This document shows positions 40,078 through 53,965 of a stretch of DNA of 64,000 nt, piece by piece. The first letter of the stretch is position 1; every line of letters begins with the position of its first letter. Origin of the DNA: an uncultured delta proteobacterium (GTDB lineage Bacteria > Desulfobacterota > Desulfuromonadia > Geobacterales > DSM-12255). Under the pieces are notes generated by a model. That model did not search any database and was not told the origin of the DNA. It worked only from the letters and a program-made list of their open reading frames with translations. The position numbers and the translations under genes are program-made. The stretch lies in assembly GCA_963787125.1 (NCBI GenBank), contig CAWBBV010000009.1, forward strand, positions 1-64,000. The letters are read 5' to 3'.

Positions 40078-43000
40078 TTGGAAGATATATTCAACTATTA
40101 CGAAAAACCGAAAGATCCACTTCATTTCTCATCTATCAGGATTTCGATATCATCACCGGAAAAGATCCGAGAGCGCTCATTCGGTGAGGTGAAAAAACCT
40201 GAAACTATTAATTACCGTACATTCAAGCCGGAAAGAGATGGTCTTTTCTGCGCTAAAATCTTTGGTCCAACCAAGGATTATGAATGCAATTGCGGCAAAT
40301 ACAAACGCATGAAGCATCGCGGCATTGTCTGCGAAAAGTGCGGAGTAGAAGTTATTCCGTCAAAAGTCAGGAGAGAGCGACTTGGTCACATAGATCTTGC
40401 CACACCGGTGGCACATATCTGGTTCCTCAAATCACTTCCTTCGAGAATTGGTAATCTCCTTGATATGACTTTGAAAGATCTTGAAAAGGTTCTTTACTTC
40501 GAGGCCTATGCTGTGACAAACCCGAAAAATACCAATTTCGGGCTTGCCGAGGCTCTTACTGAAGACCAATATCAGAAGGCGATGGAGGAGTACTCTGGTG
40601 GTTTTGAAGCCGGAATGGGTGCTGCTGCGATTCGTGAATGCCTCAAAGCGATGGATCTGGATTCATTGGCAGAAACACTGCGCGTTGAAATGGTCGAAGC
40701 AACCAGTGAGGCTAAGAAAAAGAAAACTGCAAAAAGACTCAAAGTTGTTGAAGCGTTCAAGTCTTCAGGTAATAAACCTGAATGGATGATACTGGAGTGT
40801 ATCCCGGTACTTCCTCCTGAACTTCGCCCACTTGTCCCACTTGATGGGGGTAGATTTGCTACTTCTGACCTGAATGATCTGTATAGAAGGGTTATAAATC
40901 GCAATAACAGGCTGAAGCGCTTGATGGAGCTTCAGGCACCCGAAGTGATTATCCGTAACGAGAAGCGGATGCTTCAGGAAGCTGTTGATGCACTGTTCGA
41001 TAATGGTCGTCGGGGTCGTGCTATTGCCGGCCCAAATAAACGGCCGTTGAAATCGCTTTCAGATATGCTCAAAGGTAAGTCTGGTCGTTTCCGTCAGAAT
41101 CTTCTAGGTAAACGAGTCGATTACTCGGGCCGTTCAGTTATTGTCGTTGGTCCTGAACTAAGACTTCACCAGTGCGGATTGCCGAAAAAGATGGCGCTTG
41201 AGCTGTTTAAGCCGTTTATTTATAACAAACTTGAAGAGCGTGGTTATGTAACCACTATAAAAAGTGCCAAAAAAATGGTGGAAAAAGAGCGTCCAGAAGT
41301 ATGGGATGTTCTGGAAGAAGTTATAAAAGAGCACCCGGTTTTGCTGAACCGTGCGCCAACACTCCACCGTCTTGGTATTCAGGCTTTTGAGCCTGTTCTT
41401 ATCGAAGGTAAGGCAATCCAGCTTCACCCTCTCGTCTGTACAGCGTTCAATGCTGACTTTGACGGTGATCAGATGGCTGTCCATCTGCCACTTTCAGTAG
41501 AGAGCCAGGTAGAGGCAAGGGTTTTGATGATGTCCACAAACAACATCCTTTCTCCGGCCCACGGTAAGCCGATTATCGTTCCCTCGCAGGATATGGTTCT
41601 TGGTACGTATCATATGACTCGCGACAGAGAATTTGAGCCTATTATAGATCCAAAGACCAAACAGCAGATAATTGACCCTGAGACCGGCGCTGTGCGCTGG
41701 AAACGCGTAAAAGGTTGTGGGCACATATTCTCAGGTCCAGAAGAGGTGAGAATTGCTTTTGATGCAGGTGAAGTTGACCTTCAGGCCCCTGTTGAAGTCA
41801 GAATAAAAAACTTCAATAATAGTGATGAAAAACCTGAAAGAGTTAAAACTACTGTCGGTCGGGTTATTTTACGTGAAATCCTTCCACCTCAAGTTCCATT
41901 TAGTGCAATCAATAAAGTAATGTCCAAGAAAGAGCTCTCCAATCTTGTTGACACCTGTTATCGTCTTGCAGGCAATAAAGAGACAGTCATTCTTGCTGAC
42001 AGGCTGAAAGAGATCGGGTTCCGTTATTCAACTCTAGCAGGTATCTCAATCTGTATAAATGATATGGTTATTCCTGAAGGTAAACCCGCAATTATCGATC
42101 GTGGTAATGACGAGGTTAAAGAGATACAGAATCAGTATACAGAAGGTCTGATCACAGATGGAGAACGTTATAATAAAGTAATTGATATCTGGGCAAAAGC
42201 TACTGAGGATATTGCCACAGAGATGCTTACCAATCTTTCACGTGAGACCGGAATTACTGACGATGGGGTGATGCACACGGCTAACTCTTTTAATGCTATT
42301 CACATGATGGCCGATTCAGGTGCTCGAGGTTCTGCACAGCAGATTCGACAGCTTGCTGGTATGCGTGGACTTATGGCAAAGCCATCAGGTGAAATTATCG
42401 AAACCCCAATTACTGCAAACTTCCGTGAGGGACTTACTGTTCTGCAGTATTTTATTTCGACTCACGGTGCACGTAAGGGTCTTGCCGATACTGCGTTAAA
42501 GACCGCTAATTCGGGTTATCTTACCCGTAGGCTTGTCGATGTTGCTCAAGATGCCATTATAACTGAAACAGATTGCGGCACAATGGACGGATTGGTCGTT
42601 GCTGCACTTACAGAAGGTGGCGAAATTATCGAGCATATCGGTGACCGTATACTTGGTCGAGTAACTCTGGACGATATACTCGATCCTGTTACAGGCGATG
42701 TTTTGGTTCCATCAAATACTGAAATTGATGAAACCTTCGTTAAAGGGATCGAAGAAGCAGGACTCGAGAAAGTCAAGATACGGTCCGTTCTCACCTGCCA
42801 GAGTCGCAGGGGTATCTGTGCAATGTGTTACGGTCGTGACCTTGCCAGAGGTCATCTCGTGAATATGGGAGAAGCTGTCGGTGTTATTGCAGCTCAGTCT
42901 ATTGGGGAGCCTGGCACTCAGCTTACAATGCGTACATTCCATATCGGTGGTACCGCATCTCGGCGTGCAGAGCAGACCTCTCTTGAAGCTAGAAATGACG

Positions 43001-44277
43001 GCACAATTAAATATATAAACATAAATAGTGTTGTAAATGCGGACGGGCATCATATCGTAATGAACCGAAATGGTGAAATCGCAGTCGCTGATGAGACTGG
43101 TCGAGAAAGAGAGAGATACTCGATCGTCTATGGCGCCAAGATTAAAGTTGCGCCTGGCGCAGCTATTAAAGTCGGTGAGGCGATTGCTGAATGGGATCCG
43201 TTCTCGATGCCGATTCTTACTGAATTCTCTGGACGGATCAAGTTTGGCGATATTATCGAGTCTGTCACCATGGAAGAGCAACTTGATGAGGTTACCGGGC
43301 TTTCGCGCAAAGTTATTATCGAATCCAAGGATCCGGATAAGCGGCCACGGATTGCTATTAAGGATAATTCAACGGAAGGTGGTGGAACTATTGGGCGCTA
43401 TTTCCTTCCAGTTGGTGCGATCATCTCGGTTGCTGATGATGCTGTACTGAATGCAGGCGATGTCATGGCCAAGATGACTCGTGAAACAACCAAGACAAAA
43501 GATATCACAGGTGGTCTGCCACGTGTTGCTGAACTCTTTGAGGCCCGCAAGCCTAAAGACTTTGCAGTTATCTCTGAAATCGATGGTGTTGTTTCTTTTG
43601 GTAAGGACGCAAAAGGGAAGCGTAAGGTTATAGTTAAACCTGAAATCGGCGAGGAGAAAGAATATCTCATCCCTAAGGGTAAGCATATCAGTGTTCATGA
43701 TGGTGATCATGTGAGCGCAGGTGAAGCACTGATGGATGGGTCTTCTAATCCGCACGATATCCTTCGTGTACTTGGTCAGAAAGAGCTTGCTAAATATTTA
43801 GTAGATGAAGTTCAGGAAGTTTATCGTCTTCAGGGTGTAAAGATTAATGATAAACATATAGAGACAATTGTCCGCCAGATGCTCAGAAGGGTCAAGATAA
43901 AGGAAGTAGGAGAGACAACTCTTCTTATTGATGATCAGGTTGAGCGATATGTTTTTGAAGATGAGAATGAAAGGGTTCTTGCAAATGGCGGTAAACCGGC
44001 GATTGCCGAACCACTACTGCTAGGTATTACAAAAGCATCACTTTCAACCGAATCGTTTATTTCAGCAGCATCTTTCCAAGAGACAACAAAAGTCTTGACA
44101 CAGGCAGCCATTGAGGGTAAAGTCGACAGTCTTCGCGGGTTGAAAGAAAACGTCATAATGGGACGGCTGATCCCGGCAGGAACAGGGATATCGCGTTATC
44201 GCTCTCTTAAGGTTATAGCTGATGAGCCGGCAAAGCTCATTCCCGCTGAATCATTAGAGTCAGATCCGATCGGGTAA
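40078..44277 (+). CDS. rpoC: RNA polymerase beta' subunit
   Basis: NADFDGD. Confidence 0.99.
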   Translation: MEDIFNYYEKPKDPLHFSSIRISISSPEKIRERSFGEVKKPETINYRTFKPERDGLFCAKIFGPTKDYECNCGKYKRMKHRGIVCEKCGVEVIPSKVRRERLGHIDLATPVAHIWFLKSLPSRIGNLLDMTLKDLEKVLYFEAYAVTNPKNTNFGLAEALTEDQYQKAMEEYSGGFEAGMGAAAIRECLKAMDLDSLAETLRVEMVEATSEAKKKKTAKRLKVVEAFKSSGNKPEWMILECIPVLPPELRPLVPLDGGRFATSDLNDLYRRVINRNNRLKRLMELQAPEVIIRNEKRMLQEAVDALFDNGRRGRAIAGPNKRPLKSLSDMLKGKSGRFRQNLLGKRVDYSGRSVIVVGPELRLHQCGLPKKMALELFKPFIYNKLEERGYVTTIKSAKKMVEKERPEVWDVLEEVIKEHPVLLNRAPTLHRLGIQAFEPVLIEGKAIQLHPLVCTAFNADFDGDQMAVHLPLSVESQVEARVLMMSTNNILSPAHGKPIIVPSQDMVLGTYHMTRDREFEPIIDPKTKQQIIDPETGAVRWKRVKGCGHIFSGPEEVRIAFDAGEVDLQAPVEVRIKNFNNSDEKPERVKTTVGRVILREILPPQVPFSAINKVMSKKELSNLVDTCYRLAGNKETVILADRLKEIGFRYSTLAGISICINDMVIPEGKPAIIDRGNDEVKEIQNQYTEGLITDGERYNKVIDIWAKATEDIATEMLTNLSRETGITDDGVMHTANSFNAIHMMADSGARGSAQQIRQLAGMRGLMAKPSGEIIETPITANFREGLTVLQYFISTHGARKGLADTALKTANSGYLTRRLVDVAQDAIITETDCGTMDGLVVAALTEGGEIIEHIGDRILGRVTLDDILDPVTGDVLVPSNTEIDETFVKGIEEAGLEKVKIRSVLTCQSRRGICAMCYGRDLARGHLVNMGEAVGVIAAQSIGEPGTQLTMRTFHIGGTASRRAEQTSLEARNDGTIKYININSVVNADGHHIVMNRNGEIAVADETGRERERYSIVYGAKIKVAPGAAIKVGEAIAEWDPFSMPILTEFSGRIKFGDIIESVTMEEQLDEVTGLSRKVIIESKDPDKRPRIAIKDNSTEGGGTIGRYFLPVGAIISVADDAVLNAGDVMAKMTRETTKTKDITGGLPRVAELFEARKPKDFAVISEIDGVVSFGKDAKGKRKVIVKPEIGEEKEYLIPKGKHISVHDGDHVSAGEALMDGSSNPHDILRVLGQKELAKYLVDEVQEVYRLQGVKINDKHIETIVRQMLRRVKIKEVGETTLLIDDQVERYVFEDENERVLANGGKPAIAEPLLLGITKASLSTESFISAASFQETTKVLTQAAIEGKVDSLRGLKENVIMGRLIPAGTGISRYRSLKVIADEPAKLIPAESLESDPIG

Positions 44278-44309
44278 GTGCTTACCGTTCATCATTGTGA
44301 AAAAATGTC

Positions 44310-44338
44310 TTGACAGCTAATTCAATAATTGTTATGTT
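44310..44338 (+). promoter_or_regulatory. sigma70 promoter of the str operon
   Basis: TTGACA-17 nt-TATGTT with extended -10 TG. Confidence 0.7.
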
Positions 44339-44391
44339 CAGCGCTTCGCACGCAAGGGCTGTCATGACTATGCAGCAGGAGAGTTAAGTTA

Positions 44392-44763
44392 ATGCCAACA
44401 ATTAATCAGCTAATACGTCAAGGTAGAGAAAGCAAGCGAGATAAGTCAACAGCTCCTGCTTTGAAAAGTTGCCCCCAGAAAAGGGGTGTCTGTACAAGGG
44501 TTTATACAACAACTCCGAAAAAGCCTAACTCAGCTTTGCGCAAAGTCGCAAGGGTTCGACTTACAAATGGCATTGAGGTCACGTCCTATATTCCGGGTGT
44601 GGGGCATAATCTTCAGGAGCACTCTGTGGTTCTGATTCGGGGTGGTAGGGTAAAAGATTTACCTGGTGTTCGTTATCACATAGTAAGGGGGACTCTGGAC
44701 TCTGTTGGTGTTAAGGGTCGTCTTAAGAGTCGTTCCAAGTACGGCGCAAAGCGCCCTAAGTAG
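44392..44763 (+). CDS. rpsL: 30S ribosomal protein S12
   Basis: [17 protein letters not shown]. Confidence 0.99.
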   Translation: MPTINQLIRQGRESKRDKSTAPALKSCPQKRGVCTRVYTTTPKKPNSALRKVARVRLTNGIEVTSYIPGVGHNLQEHSVVLIRGGRVKDLPGVRYHIVRGTLDSVGVKGRLKSRSKYGAKRPK

Positions 44764-44787
44764 TCAGTTAACTGTGAGGGTATAAGT

Positions 44788-45258
44788 ATGCCTAGAAGAA
44801 GAGAAGTTGCTAAACGTATAATACTGCCTGATCCTAAGTTCGGGGATCGAACAGTTGCCAAGCTTGTTAATATACTTATGCTCGATGGTAAGAAGAGTAC
44901 GGCAGAGCGCGCACTTTATGATGCTCTTGATGTGGCTGCTGGGCGCTTGAGTGATGAGCCTGTAAAGCTTCTCAAAAAGGCTCTCGATAATATCAAGCCG
45001 ATGCTTGAAGTTAAATCCCGCCGTGTTGGTGGTTCAACTTATCAGGTGCCTATTGAGGTGAGGACGGAGAGAAGAATTTCTCTAGCCATGAGATGGTTGA
45101 TAAAGTATGCGGTTCTTCGCTCCGAAAAAACCATGACTGATAAGCTGGCTGGTGAGATATCTGACGCTTATAATAATCGTGGCTCAGCTGTTAAGAAGCG
45201 TGAAGACACGCATAAAATGGCAGAGGCAAACAGGGCTTTTGCTCATTATCGCTGGTAG
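44788..45258 (+). CDS. rpsG: 30S ribosomal protein S7
   Basis: [18 protein letters not shown]. Confidence 0.99.
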   Translation: MPRRREVAKRIILPDPKFGDRTVAKLVNILMLDGKKSTAERALYDALDVAAGRLSDEPVKLLKKALDNIKPMLEVKSRRVGGSTYQVPIEVRTERRISLAMRWLIKYAVLRSEKTMTDKLAGEISDAYNNRGSAVKKREDTHKMAEANRAFAHYRW

Positions 45259-45292
45259 TTTTCGAAAGCGTAATTATATTCGGGAGTAAATT

Positions 45293-47368
45293 GTGGCACG
45301 TCTGTTTTCGTTAGCTAAAACTAGAAATATCGGCATTATGGCTCATATCGATGCCGGTAAGACAACTACAACAGAAAGAATTCTTTTCTATACAGGTGTC
45401 TCCCATAAGATCGGTGAAGTTCATGATGGAACTGCAACTATGGATTGGATGGAGCAGGAGCAGGAGCGTGGTATTACAATCACTTCGGCTGCTACCACTT
45501 GTACCTGGAATGAAAACCGTATTAACATTATAGACACTCCTGGTCACGTTGACTTTACAATAGAAGTAGAGCGTTCTCTTCGTGTGCTTGATGGAGCAGT
45601 TGCTGTTTTTTGCTCGGTTGGTGGTGTTGAGCCGCAGTCGGAGACGGTCTGGAGGCAGGCTGATAAGTACTGTGTTCCAAGAATAGCTTTTATTAATAAG
45701 ATGGATCGAGTTGGTGCCGATTTCTTCCGTGGTGTTGGTATGATTCGTGATCGTCTAAAAGCTAACCCTGTACCTATTCAGCTTCCGGTTGGAGCTGAGG
45801 ACCAATACAGGGGTGTAATTGACCTTGTCGAGATGAAGGAAATCATTTGGCTTGATGAGTCTATGGGCGCGAAGTATGACGTATTTGAAATTGCACCAGA
45901 ACGTCTTGACGAAGCTATTGAATACCGTGAGAAAATGATCGAGGAGATATCAAGCCATGATGATGATCTTATGGAAAAATATCTCAGTGGAGTAGAGCTG
46001 ACTAACGAAGAAATTAAAGCAGCAATTCGTAAAGCAACTATAGACATCAAAATATGCCCCGTTATATGTGGATCGGCTTTCAAAAACAAAGGTGTTCAGA
46101 ACCTTCTTGACTCAGTAATTGACTATTTACCTTCGCCACTAGATGTGCCAGCTATCAAAGGTATTGATAGTAAAGGTGAAGAGGTTGAGCGCAAGGCTTC
46201 TGATGAAGAGCCGTTCTCTGCACTTGCTTTTAAGATAATGACTGATCCTTTTGTTGGGCAACTCTGTTTTTTCAGGGTTTATTCAGGTGTTCTTAACGCT
46301 GGTTCGTATGTATATAATTCAACAAAAGACAAGAAAGAGCGTATCGGTCGGATCCTTAAGATGCATGCAAACAAGCGTGAGGAGATTAAGGAGGTCTACG
46401 CTGGAGATATAGCAGCGGCTGTCGGCCTTAAATATACGACAACTGGTGATACACTTTGTATTGATGATAAACCAGTAATACTTGAATCAATTGAGTTTCC
46501 AGAGCCAGTCATTTCGATAGCAATTGAGCCAAAAACTAAAGCTGATCAGGAAAAACTTGGAATAAGCCTGTCTAAACTTGCCAGTGAAGATCCTTCCTTC
46601 AGGGTTAGAACTGATGAAGAGACAGGTCAGACTATCATATCGGGAATGGGTGAACTACACCTTGAGATTATTGTTGATCGACTTATGCGTGAATTTAAAG
46701 TTGAGGCAAATGTTGGTAAGCCTCAGGTGGCATACAGAGAAACGATCACCAAGAAAGTTAAGGTCGAAGGTAAATTTGTACGACAGTCTGGTGGTCGCGG
46801 ACAATATGGTCACGTTTGGCTTGAATTGGAACCACAAGAACCTGGAAAGGGTTATGAGTTTGTAGACGCTATTAAGGGTGGGGTTGTTCCTCGTGAATAT
46901 ATTCCTGCAGTAGATAAAGGTATACAGGAAGCAATGGATACAGGTGTATTGGCTGGTTTCCCGGTTGTCGATTTTAAGGTTTCCCTGATAGATGGGTCGT
47001 ATCATGAAGTTGACTCTTCGGAAATGGCATTTAAAATTGCCGGTTCAATGGGCTTTAAGGAAGGTTGTCACAAGGCGACGCCAGTTCTTTTGGAGCCGAT
47101 TATGTCAGTAGAAGTTGTTGTTCCTGAAGAGTATATGGGTGATGTAATCGGTGATCTTAATTCTCGACGTGGCAGGATTATGGGTATGGAAGGTCGTTCA
47201 GGTGCACAAGTTGTTGCCGCGATGGTTCCACTGGCACAAATGTTCGGCTATGCAACGGATGTTCGGTCTGCAACGCAGGGTCGCGCTACCTACTCTATGA
47301 CTTTCGATCACTATGAGCAGGTTCCTAAATCAGTCTCTGAAGAAATTATAGCTAAAATTAAAGGTTAA
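45293..47368 (+). CDS. fusA: Elongation factor G
   Basis: [14 protein letters not shown]. Confidence 0.99.
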   Translation: MARLFSLAKTRNIGIMAHIDAGKTTTTERILFYTGVSHKIGEVHDGTATMDWMEQEQERGITITSAATTCTWNENRINIIDTPGHVDFTIEVERSLRVLDGAVAVFCSVGGVEPQSETVWRQADKYCVPRIAFINKMDRVGADFFRGVGMIRDRLKANPVPIQLPVGAEDQYRGVIDLVEMKEIIWLDESMGAKYDVFEIAPERLDEAIEYREKMIEEISSHDDDLMEKYLSGVELTNEEIKAAIRKATIDIKICPVICGSAFKNKGVQNLLDSVIDYLPSPLDVPAIKGIDSKGEEVERKASDEEPFSALAFKIMTDPFVGQLCFFRVYSGVLNAGSYVYNSTKDKKERIGRILKMHANKREEIKEVYAGDIAAAVGLKYTTTGDTLCIDDKPVILESIEFPEPVISIAIEPKTKADQEKLGISLSKLASEDPSFRVRTDEETGQTIISGMGELHLEIIVDRLMREFKVEANVGKPQVAYRETITKKVKVEGKFVRQSGGRGQYGHVWLELEPQEPGKGYEFVDAIKGGVVPREYIPAVDKGIQEAMDTGVLAGFPVVDFKVSLIDGSYHEVDSSEMAFKIAGSMGFKEGCHKATPVLLEPIMSVEVVVPEEYMGDVIGDLNSRRGRIMGMEGRSGAQVVAAMVPLAQMFGYATDVRSATQGRATYSMTFDHYEQVPKSVSEEIIAKIKG

Positions 47369-47395
47369 TATTAACTTCGTCAGGAGGAATAAGTC

Positions 47396-48586
47396 ATGGC
47401 CAAGGCAAAATTTGAAAGAAACAAACCGCATTTAAACATAGGGACAATAGGTCACGTTGACCATGGTAAGACTACCCTTACTGCAGCGATCACAAAAGTA
47501 CTTGCAGGCAAAGGTCAGGCTGAATACAAATCCTTTGATCAGATTGACAATGCTCCGGAAGAGCGTGAGCGCGGTATCACAATAGCTACAGCCCACGTAG
47601 AGTACGAGACAGACAATCGCCACTACGCCCACGTAGACTGCCCAGGTCACGCTGACTACGTAAAGAACATGATTACCGGTGCAGCCCAGATGGACGGAGC
47701 AATCCTCGTTGTCTCCGCAGCTGACGGCCCAATGCCGCAGACACGTGAGCACATCCTGCTTGCCCGCCAGGTAGGTGTACCAAACATAGTCGTATTTCTC
47801 AACAAAGCCGACATGGTTGATGACGAAGAACTTATAGAGCTCGTAGAGCTGGAAATCAGAGAACTGCTCTGCAGCTATGACTTCCCAGGCGACGACATCC
47901 CGATCATCAAAGGCTCTGCACTTAAAGCCCTTGAAGGCGAAAAGACAGAACTTGGCGAAGAATCCATAACTCGCCTCATGGCAGCAGTCGACGCATACTT
48001 CCCGCAGCCAGAGCGCGCCATCGACAAACCATTTCTAATGCCGGTTGAAGACGTCTTCTCCATCTCCGGACGTGGCACAGTAGCCACAGGACGAGTAGAG
48101 CGCGGCATAGTCAAGGTAGGCGAAGAAATTGAAGTGGTCGGAATCAAGGCAACTGCCAAAACAACAGTAACCGGCGTAGAAATGTTCCGCAAGCTGCTTG
48201 ACGAAGGCCGTGCCGGCGACAACATCGGCGCCCTGCTTCGCGGTGTGAAGCGTGAAGACATCGAGCGAGGCCAAGTACTTGCCAAGCCGGGGAGTATCAA
48301 ACCGCATATGAAATTCAAAGCGGAAGCCTACATACTCACAAAAGAAGAGGGTGGTCGTCATACTCCATTCTTTAATGGCTACCGTCCACAGTTTTATTTT
48401 AGAACAACAGACGTAACAGGCATCGCAGAGCTTCCGGCAGGAACAGAAATGGTAATGCCTGGCGATAACGTGGCAATCGTAGTAAACCTCATCACCCCGA
48501 TAGCTATGGACGAGGGACTTCGCTTTGCAATTCGCGAAGGCGGACGTACAGTTGGAGCAGGTGTTGTAAGCGCTATTATCGAATAA
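47396..48586 (+). CDS. tuf: Elongation factor Tu (copy 2; protein identical to copy 1)
   Basis: Same translation as 31155-32345. Confidence 0.99.
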   Translation: MAKAKFERNKPHLNIGTIGHVDHGKTTLTAAITKVLAGKGQAEYKSFDQIDNAPEERERGITIATAHVEYETDNRHYAHVDCPGHADYVKNMITGAAQMDGAILVVSAADGPMPQTREHILLARQVGVPNIVVFLNKADMVDDEELIELVELEIRELLCSYDFPGDDIPIIKGSALKALEGEKTELGEESITRLMAAVDAYFPQPERAIDKPFLMPVEDVFSISGRGTVATGRVERGIVKVGEEIEVVGIKATAKTTVTGVEMFRKLLDEGRAGDNIGALLRGVKREDIERGQVLAKPGSIKPHMKFKAEAYILTKEEGGRHTPFFNGYRPQFYFRTTDVTGIAELPAGTEMVMPGDNVAIVVNLITPIAMDEGLRFAIREGGRTVGAGVVSAIIE

Positions 48587-48609
48587 ATGATTGAGTTAAG
48601 AGGGTGTCA

Positions 48610-48918
48610 ATGCAAGCACAGAAGATAAGAATCCGTCTGAAGGCCTATGATCACAGGCTTCTCGATCAGTCAGTTACTGAAATAGTTGACACTGCCAAGA
48701 GAACTGGTGCAAGAATCGCTGGCCCAGTGCCGCTACCGACAGTAATCAATAAATACTGCGTTCTTCGGGGACCACATGTTGACAAGAAGTCCCGTGAGCA
48801 GTTTGAAATTCGTACACATAAGAGGCTGATAGATATACTTGACCCTACTCAGCAAACTGTTGATTCTCTTATGAAACTTGACCTTTCTGCAGGCGTCGAT
48901 GTAGAAATCAAGCTCTAA
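48610..48918 (+). CDS. rpsJ: 30S ribosomal protein S10
   Basis: [16 protein letters not shown]. Confidence 0.98.
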   Translation: MQAQKIRIRLKAYDHRLLDQSVTEIVDTAKRTGARIAGPVPLPTVINKYCVLRGPHVDKKSREQFEIRTHKRLIDILDPTQQTVDSLMKLDLSAGVDVEIKL

Positions 48919-48950
48919 CAACAGACTAACTAGGATAGGATTTACTGACC

Positions 48951-49586
48951 ATGAAGAAGGGACTAATTGGTAAAAAAATAGGGATGACACAAATCTTTGC
49001 AGATGATGGTCGTCGTATACCGGTGACAGTTGTTGAGGCGGGTCCGTGTACTGTTCTTCAAAAGAAGACTATTGACAAGGATGGTTATACTGCACTTCAA
49101 CTCGGTTATTCTCAGCAGGATTCAGCTAGATCTTCAAAGCCTGAAATTGGACATTCTAAAGCAGCAGGCAAAGGTGTCTATCGTTTTCTAAAAGAGTTCA
49201 GGCTTCAGGATACTGATTCTTATTCAGTCGGTGACGTTATAACTTCTGATCTGTTTTCACCTGGAGATATAATCGACGTTACCGGAATAAGTATCGGTAA
49301 AGGTTTTCAGGGTGTCATTAAACGATGGGGTTTTAAGGGTGGCCGAGCTAGCCATGGTTCAAACTTTCATAGAGCTCCTGGTTCAATTGGTTGTTCGGCA
49401 ACACCATCAAGAGTTTTTAAAAACAAAAAAATGCCAGGCCAGCTTGGTAATGAAACAGTTACAATACAGAAACTGACAGTCGTAAGGGTAGATTCTGCAG
49501 ACAACTTGATTCTTGTTAAAGGTGCGATACCTGGCGCGAGGAACGGAATAGTTATCCTTAAGGATAGCGTTAAGGTTAACGGATAG
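48951..49586 (+). CDS. rplC: 50S ribosomal protein L3
   Basis: [14 protein letters not shown]. Confidence 0.99.
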   Translation: MKKGLIGKKIGMTQIFADDGRRIPVTVVEAGPCTVLQKKTIDKDGYTALQLGYSQQDSARSSKPEIGHSKAAGKGVYRFLKEFRLQDTDSYSVGDVITSDLFSPGDIIDVTGISIGKGFQGVIKRWGFKGGRASHGSNFHRAPGSIGCSATPSRVFKNKKMPGQLGNETVTIQKLTVVRVDSADNLILVKGAIPGARNGIVILKDSVKVNG

Positions 49587-49609
49587 TTACTCTCTTACTG
49601 GAGAAGATG

Positions 49610-50233
49610 ATGGCAACAATAGACGTATACAATCTTAGTAAAGCCAAAGTTGATGAAATGAACCTCAGCGATGAGGTTTTTAATACTGATGTTCGTGAGT
49701 ATCTAATTCATGAAGCAGTGAAGATTCAACTGGCTAACAGAAGAGCTGGCACAGTGTCTGTTAAGACAAGATCAGAAGTTTCAGGCGGCGGTAAAAAGCC
49801 ATTCAAGCAGAAAGGTACAGGCGGCGCTCGTCAAGGGTGTATCAGGGCACCACATTACCCAGGCGGTGGTGTTGCTTTTGGCCCACAGGCTAAAGTATAC
49901 AATCTATCGATGAATAAGAAGGCAAGAAAAGCTGCAATCAAGTCTGCGCTTTCTTACTGCTTCAAAGGGAATAAACTGACGGTTGTTAATAACTTTGAAC
50001 TTGAATCAATCTCTACAAAGTCATTTGTATCCGTGCTTAATAATTTTGATATAAACAAGACGCTCCTTGTTATAGCATCAGAAAATCCTAAGTTAGTTCT
50101 TTCCGCTCGGAATATTAAGAATGTAAAAGTTCTTTACGCAGACTCCATTAATATCTTTGACATGATGAAATACCAAAATGTCATGATAACACAGGATGCT
50201 GTCAAGAAAGTTGAAGGAGCGCTTACCATATGA
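49610..50233 (+). CDS. rplD: 50S ribosomal protein L4
   Basis: [14 protein letters not shown]. Confidence 0.98.
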   Translation: MATIDVYNLSKAKVDEMNLSDEVFNTDVREYLIHEAVKIQLANRRAGTVSVKTRSEVSGGGKKPFKQKGTGGARQGCIRAPHYPGGGVAFGPQAKVYNLSMNKKARKAAIKSALSYCFKGNKLTVVNNFELESISTKSFVSVLNNFDINKTLLVIASENPKLVLSARNIKNVKVLYADSINIFDMMKYQNVMITQDAVKKVEGALTI

Positions 50234-50514
50234 ACATCTATGACGTAATTAAAAAGCCTCTCATTACTGAGAAAACTACGCTGGAAAAAGATTCAAAGAA
50301 TGTAGTCGCTGTTGTTGTTAACAGTTATGCAAATAAAATCCAGATTAAGCACGCAGCAGAGAAACTTTTTAAAGTTGATGTAAAGGCCGTGAGAACCATA
50401 AACATGGCTGGTAAGGTAAAGAGAACCGGTAAGAATATCGGTAAACGTTCCAACTGGAAGAAAGCTTATATCTCTTTAAACGTCGGCAGTAACATTGATT
50501 TCTTTGAACTGTAA
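50230..50514 (+). CDS. rplW: 50S ribosomal protein L23
   Basis: PLITEK, WKKAY. Confidence 0.98.
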   Translation: MNIYDVIKKPLITEKTTLEKDSKNVVAVVVNSYANKIQIKHAAEKLFKVDVKAVRTINMAGKVKRTGKNIGKRSNWKKAYISLNVGSNIDFFEL

Positions 50515-50537
50515 ACAACTTTCCGGAGTAATTAGTC

Positions 50538-51362
50538 ATGGCAATTAAAACATATAAACCAACATCAGCTGGTAGAAGGCACCAAACTTGTTCTACATTT
50601 GATGAGATAACTACCGCAACGCCCGAAAGATCTCTCCTTATGGCGCTCAAAAAAACGGGTGGTAGAAATAGTTTTGGCCGTATAACCTCACGTCATATTG
50701 GTGGCGGTCACAAACAGAAGTACCGTATTATCGATTTTCGTAGAGATAAAATTGATATTCCTGGGAAAGTTGCAACGATTGAGTATGATCCTTGCCGTTC
50801 GGCTCGAATTGCTCTTATTTTTTACGCAGACGGTGAGAAAAGATACATTCTAGCTCCATCAGAGCTTCATGTCGGCACCACTATAATGTCTGGAGCATCT
50901 GCAGATATTAAACCAGGGAACACTTTGCCGCTTAGATTGATTCCTCTTGGCACAATCATTCATAATGTTGAAATGAAGATTGGAAAAGGGGCGCAACTTG
51001 TAAGAAGTGCAGGTACTTTCGCCCAACTTATGGCAAAAGATGGTAAATATGTGCAAGTAAAGCTTCCTTCAGGCGAAGTCCGGATGATTTTACAGGACTG
51101 TATGGCCACTATTGGTCAAGTTGGAAATCTTGATCACGAAAAAGTCTCTATAGGTAAGGCTGGTCGTTCGAGATGGCTTGGTAGAAGACCAAAAGTTAGG
51201 GGTGTGGCAATGAATCCTGTCGATCACCCTCATGGTGGTGGTGAAGGTCGGACATCAGGTGGACGTCATCCAGTAACGCCATGGGGAATTCCGACAAAAG
51301 GATATAAAACTAGAAAAAACAAGACATCATCACGGTTCATAGTAAAACCGCGGTCAAAATAA
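50538..51362 (+). CDS. rplB: 50S ribosomal protein L2
   Basis: [13 protein letters not shown]. Confidence 0.99.
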   Translation: MAIKTYKPTSAGRRHQTCSTFDEITTATPERSLLMALKKTGGRNSFGRITSRHIGGGHKQKYRIIDFRRDKIDIPGKVATIEYDPCRSARIALIFYADGEKRYILAPSELHVGTTIMSGASADIKPGNTLPLRLIPLGTIIHNVEMKIGKGAQLVRSAGTFAQLMAKDGKYVQVKLPSGEVRMILQDCMATIGQVGNLDHEKVSIGKAGRSRWLGRRPKVRGVAMNPVDHPHGGGEGRTSGGRHPVTPWGIPTKGYKTRKNKTSSRFIVKPRSK

Positions 51363-51382
51363 TAAGATAAGAGGTTTATTTA

Positions 51383-51664
51383 ATGGCAAGATCAGTCAAA
51401 AAGGGTCCTTTTGTTGATGGCCATCTTACAAAAAAGGTTACTGAGCAGTCCGCTGGATCTAAGAGTCTAATAAAGACATGGTCTCGCAGGTCAACAATTA
51501 CACCTGACTTTATTGGTCTCTCCTTTGCTGTTCATAACGGTAAAAAGTTCATACCTGTTTTTGTCACTGAAAACATGGTAGGTCATAAGCTTGGAGAGTT
51601 TTCTCCAACAAGAACTTTTCATGGTCATGCTGCAGACAAAAAGAGCAAGCTCAAGAAGAAGTAA
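51383..51664 (+). CDS. rpsS: 30S ribosomal protein S19
   Basis: KTWSRRS, GHKLGEF. Confidence 0.99.
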   Translation: MARSVKKGPFVDGHLTKKVTEQSAGSKSLIKTWSRRSTITPDFIGLSFAVHNGKKFIPVFVTENMVGHKLGEFSPTRTFHGHAADKKSKLKKK

Positions 51665-51683
51665 GAACAAAGGAGCAGAATAA

Positions 51684-52019
51684 ATGGAAGCTCAAGCTAG
51701 TCTTAAGTCAGTGCGCCTTTCACCGCGCAAGACTCGTCTTATAGTAGATATGGTGCGTGGTCTGAATATTCAGAACGCGCTAAATATTCTCACTTTCTCA
51801 CCAAGACCGTCTGCACGAATCGTAGCGACATTGCTAAAATCCGCAGTTGCAAATGCTGAGCAAAAAGGCCTATCAGATGTAGATCGCCTTTATGTTAAGA
51901 CCATATTTGTTGACGGCGGTGCTGTGCTAAAACGTTTTTTGCCAAGAGCTCAAGGTAGAGCAAGTAAAATAAGAAAACCGACAAGTCATATTACGGTTGT
52001 TCTTGCTGATAAAAGATAA
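51684..52019 (+). CDS. rplV: 50S ribosomal protein L22
   Basis: SAVANA, PRAQGRA. Confidence 0.98.
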   Translation: MEAQASLKSVRLSPRKTRLIVDMVRGLNIQNALNILTFSPRPSARIVATLLKSAVANAEQKGLSDVDRLYVKTIFVDGGAVLKRFLPRAQGRASKIRKPTSHITVVLADKR

Positions 52020-52046
52020 CTATTAAACACTAGCTGGAGGTGCAGT

Positions 52047-52679
52047 TTGGGTCAGAAAGTAAATCCGATCAGTTTCAGGCTCGGAGTAATCAAAACCTGG
52101 GATTCAAAGTGGTATGCAAAGTCAGGTTATGCGGCACTTTTGCATGAGGACCTAAAGCTGCGCGAATTCCTTAAAAAACGCCTTCATCACTCGGGTGTTT
52201 CAAAAATCGAAATCGAACGTGCCGCTAATAAGGCAAAGATAAATATTTTCACTGCGCGGCCAGGTCTTATTATTGGCAAAAAAGGGTCTGAAGTGGAGAC
52301 TCTAAAAAAGGATTTGGCTAAACTTACGGATAAAGAGATTTTTCTCAATATTCAGGAAGTACGAAAGCCAGAGCTTGATGCTCAACTTGTTGCCGAAAGT
52401 GTTGCTCTTCAGCTTGAAAGACGGATTGCATTCAGACGAGCCATGAAGAAGAGCGTTACCTCCGCACTTAAGTTTGGAGCAAAAGGAATTAGAATTACTT
52501 GCTCCGGTCGTCTTGGGGGTGCAGAGATGTCAAGAACAGAGTGGTATCGAGAGGGCAGAGTTCCACTGCATACTCTTAGAGCTGATATAGATTATGGTTT
52601 TGCTGAGGCTAAAACCACTTATGGAATAATCGGTGTAAAAGTTCTTATTTTCAAAGGTGAAGTCCTCCCAGGGCAATAG
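52047..52679 (+). CDS. rpsC: 30S ribosomal protein S3
   Basis: [20 protein letters not shown]. Confidence 0.99.
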   Translation: MGQKVNPISFRLGVIKTWDSKWYAKSGYAALLHEDLKLREFLKKRLHHSGVSKIEIERAANKAKINIFTARPGLIIGKKGSEVETLKKDLAKLTDKEIFLNIQEVRKPELDAQLVAESVALQLERRIAFRRAMKKSVTSALKFGAKGIRITCSGRLGGAEMSRTEWYREGRVPLHTLRADIDYGFAEAKTTYGIIGVKVLIFKGEVLPGQ

Positions 52680-52697
52680 AATCAGGAGTTTTTATAT

Positions 52698-53120
52698 ATG
52701 TTGATGCCTAAAAGAGTTAAACACAGAAAGCAAATGAAAGGCCGCATGTCAGGTACTCCAGAACGTGGTGTTACCCTCTCTTTCGGACAGTTTGGTCTCC
52801 AGGCTACCGAATGTATCTGGCTTGATTCTCGTCAAATTGAAGCAGCTCGTATTGCTATGACGAGGTACATCAAGAGAGGCGGTAAAATATGGATCAGAGT
52901 TTTCCCTGATAAACCATTGACTGCTAAACCAGCTGAAACCAGAATGGGTAAGGGTAAAGGATCTCCTGACTCATGGGTTTGTGTAATCAAGCCGGGGCGA
53001 ATACTTTACGAAATGGAAGGTGTTACTGAAGAGACTGCAAGAGAGGCATTCAGGCTTGCTGCCCATAAACTTCCAATGGGAACCAAATTTGTTATGAGGA
53101 CGGAAACTAATGAAGGCTAA
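52698..53120 (+). CDS. rplP: 50S ribosomal protein L16
   Basis: RMGKGKG. Confidence 0.99.
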   Translation: MLMPKRVKHRKQMKGRMSGTPERGVTLSFGQFGLQATECIWLDSRQIEAARIAMTRYIKRGGKIWIRVFPDKPLTAKPAETRMGKGKGSPDSWVCVIKPGRILYEMEGVTEETAREAFRLAAHKLPMGTKFVMRTETNEG

Positions 53121-53298
53121 TGAACTTCGCAATCTTAATAATGAAGAGTTGAAGGCAAAAGGAGCTGAGCTTGAACAAGAGCTCTTTAATGTAAGGTTTC
53201 AACTCCATACTGGAAGGCTTGAGAACAGTTCGAGAATAGACTCAATCCGCAGGGATATAGCAAAGGTTAGGACGATTATTACAGAGAAGCAGGTTTAG
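53110..53298 (+). CDS. rpmC: 50S ribosomal protein L29
   Basis: ELFN.RFQ, RRDIA. Confidence 0.97.
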   Translation: MKANELRNLNNEELKAKGAELEQELFNVRFQLHTGRLENSSRIDSIRRDIAKVRTIITEKQV

Positions 53299-53309
53299 AG
53301 GGGTTACTG

Positions 53310-53555
53310 ATGCGTGAGCGTGGCCATAGAAAGATACAGATAGGTGTTGTTGTCAGCGACAAAATGGATAAAACTGTTGTTGTTAAGGTTGACCGCATTA
53401 TCAAGCATCCTGTCTATAACAAATACATCAAACGATCTGCCAAGTATAAAGCACATGATGAGCAGAACATTTGTAAGACTGGTGATCGTGTTCAGATCTC
53501 AGCATCTCGTCCGCTCAGCAAGGATAAGTGCTGGAAAGTCAGTCAGATTATATAA
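53310..53555 (+). CDS. rpsQ: 30S ribosomal protein S17
   Basis: [14 protein letters not shown]. Confidence 0.98.
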   Translation: MRERGHRKIQIGVVVSDKMDKTVVVKVDRIIKHPVYNKYIKRSAKYKAHDEQNICKTGDRVQISASRPLSKDKCWKVSQII

Positions 53556-53580
53556 CTAGTAAATTAGGTAGGAGTTTCCG

Positions 53581-53949
53581 ATGATTCAGATGCAAACTCT
53601 GCTAGATGTAGCAGATAATTCAGGCGCTAAACGACTTTTCTGTATAAAGGTGCTTGGTGGTTCAAAACGCAAGTATGCAAGTATCGGCGATATCATAGTT
53701 GCTTCTGTAAAAGAAGCTATACCTAACTCAAAGGTAAAGAAAGGTGATGTCGTTAAAGCTGTCATAGTCAGAACTGCAAAGGAAATCGGTCGTGCTGACG
53801 GTTCTTATATTAGATTTGATGGAAACTCCGCAGTAGTAATTAATAATCAACAGGAACCTGTTGGAACGAGAATTTTTGGACCCGTTGCCCGTGAATTACG
53901 GGCTAAAAAGTTCATGAAAATAATCTCTTTAGCTCCAGAAGTACTTTAA
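53581..53949 (+). CDS. rplN: 50S ribosomal protein L14
   Basis: [15 protein letters not shown]. Confidence 0.99.
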   Translation: MIQMQTLLDVADNSGAKRLFCIKVLGGSKRKYASIGDIIVASVKEAIPNSKVKKGDVVKAVIVRTAKEIGRADGSYIRFDGNSAVVINNQQEPVGTRIFGPVARELRAKKFMKIISLAPEVL

Positions 53950-53965
53950 CCTCCAAGGAATTATT

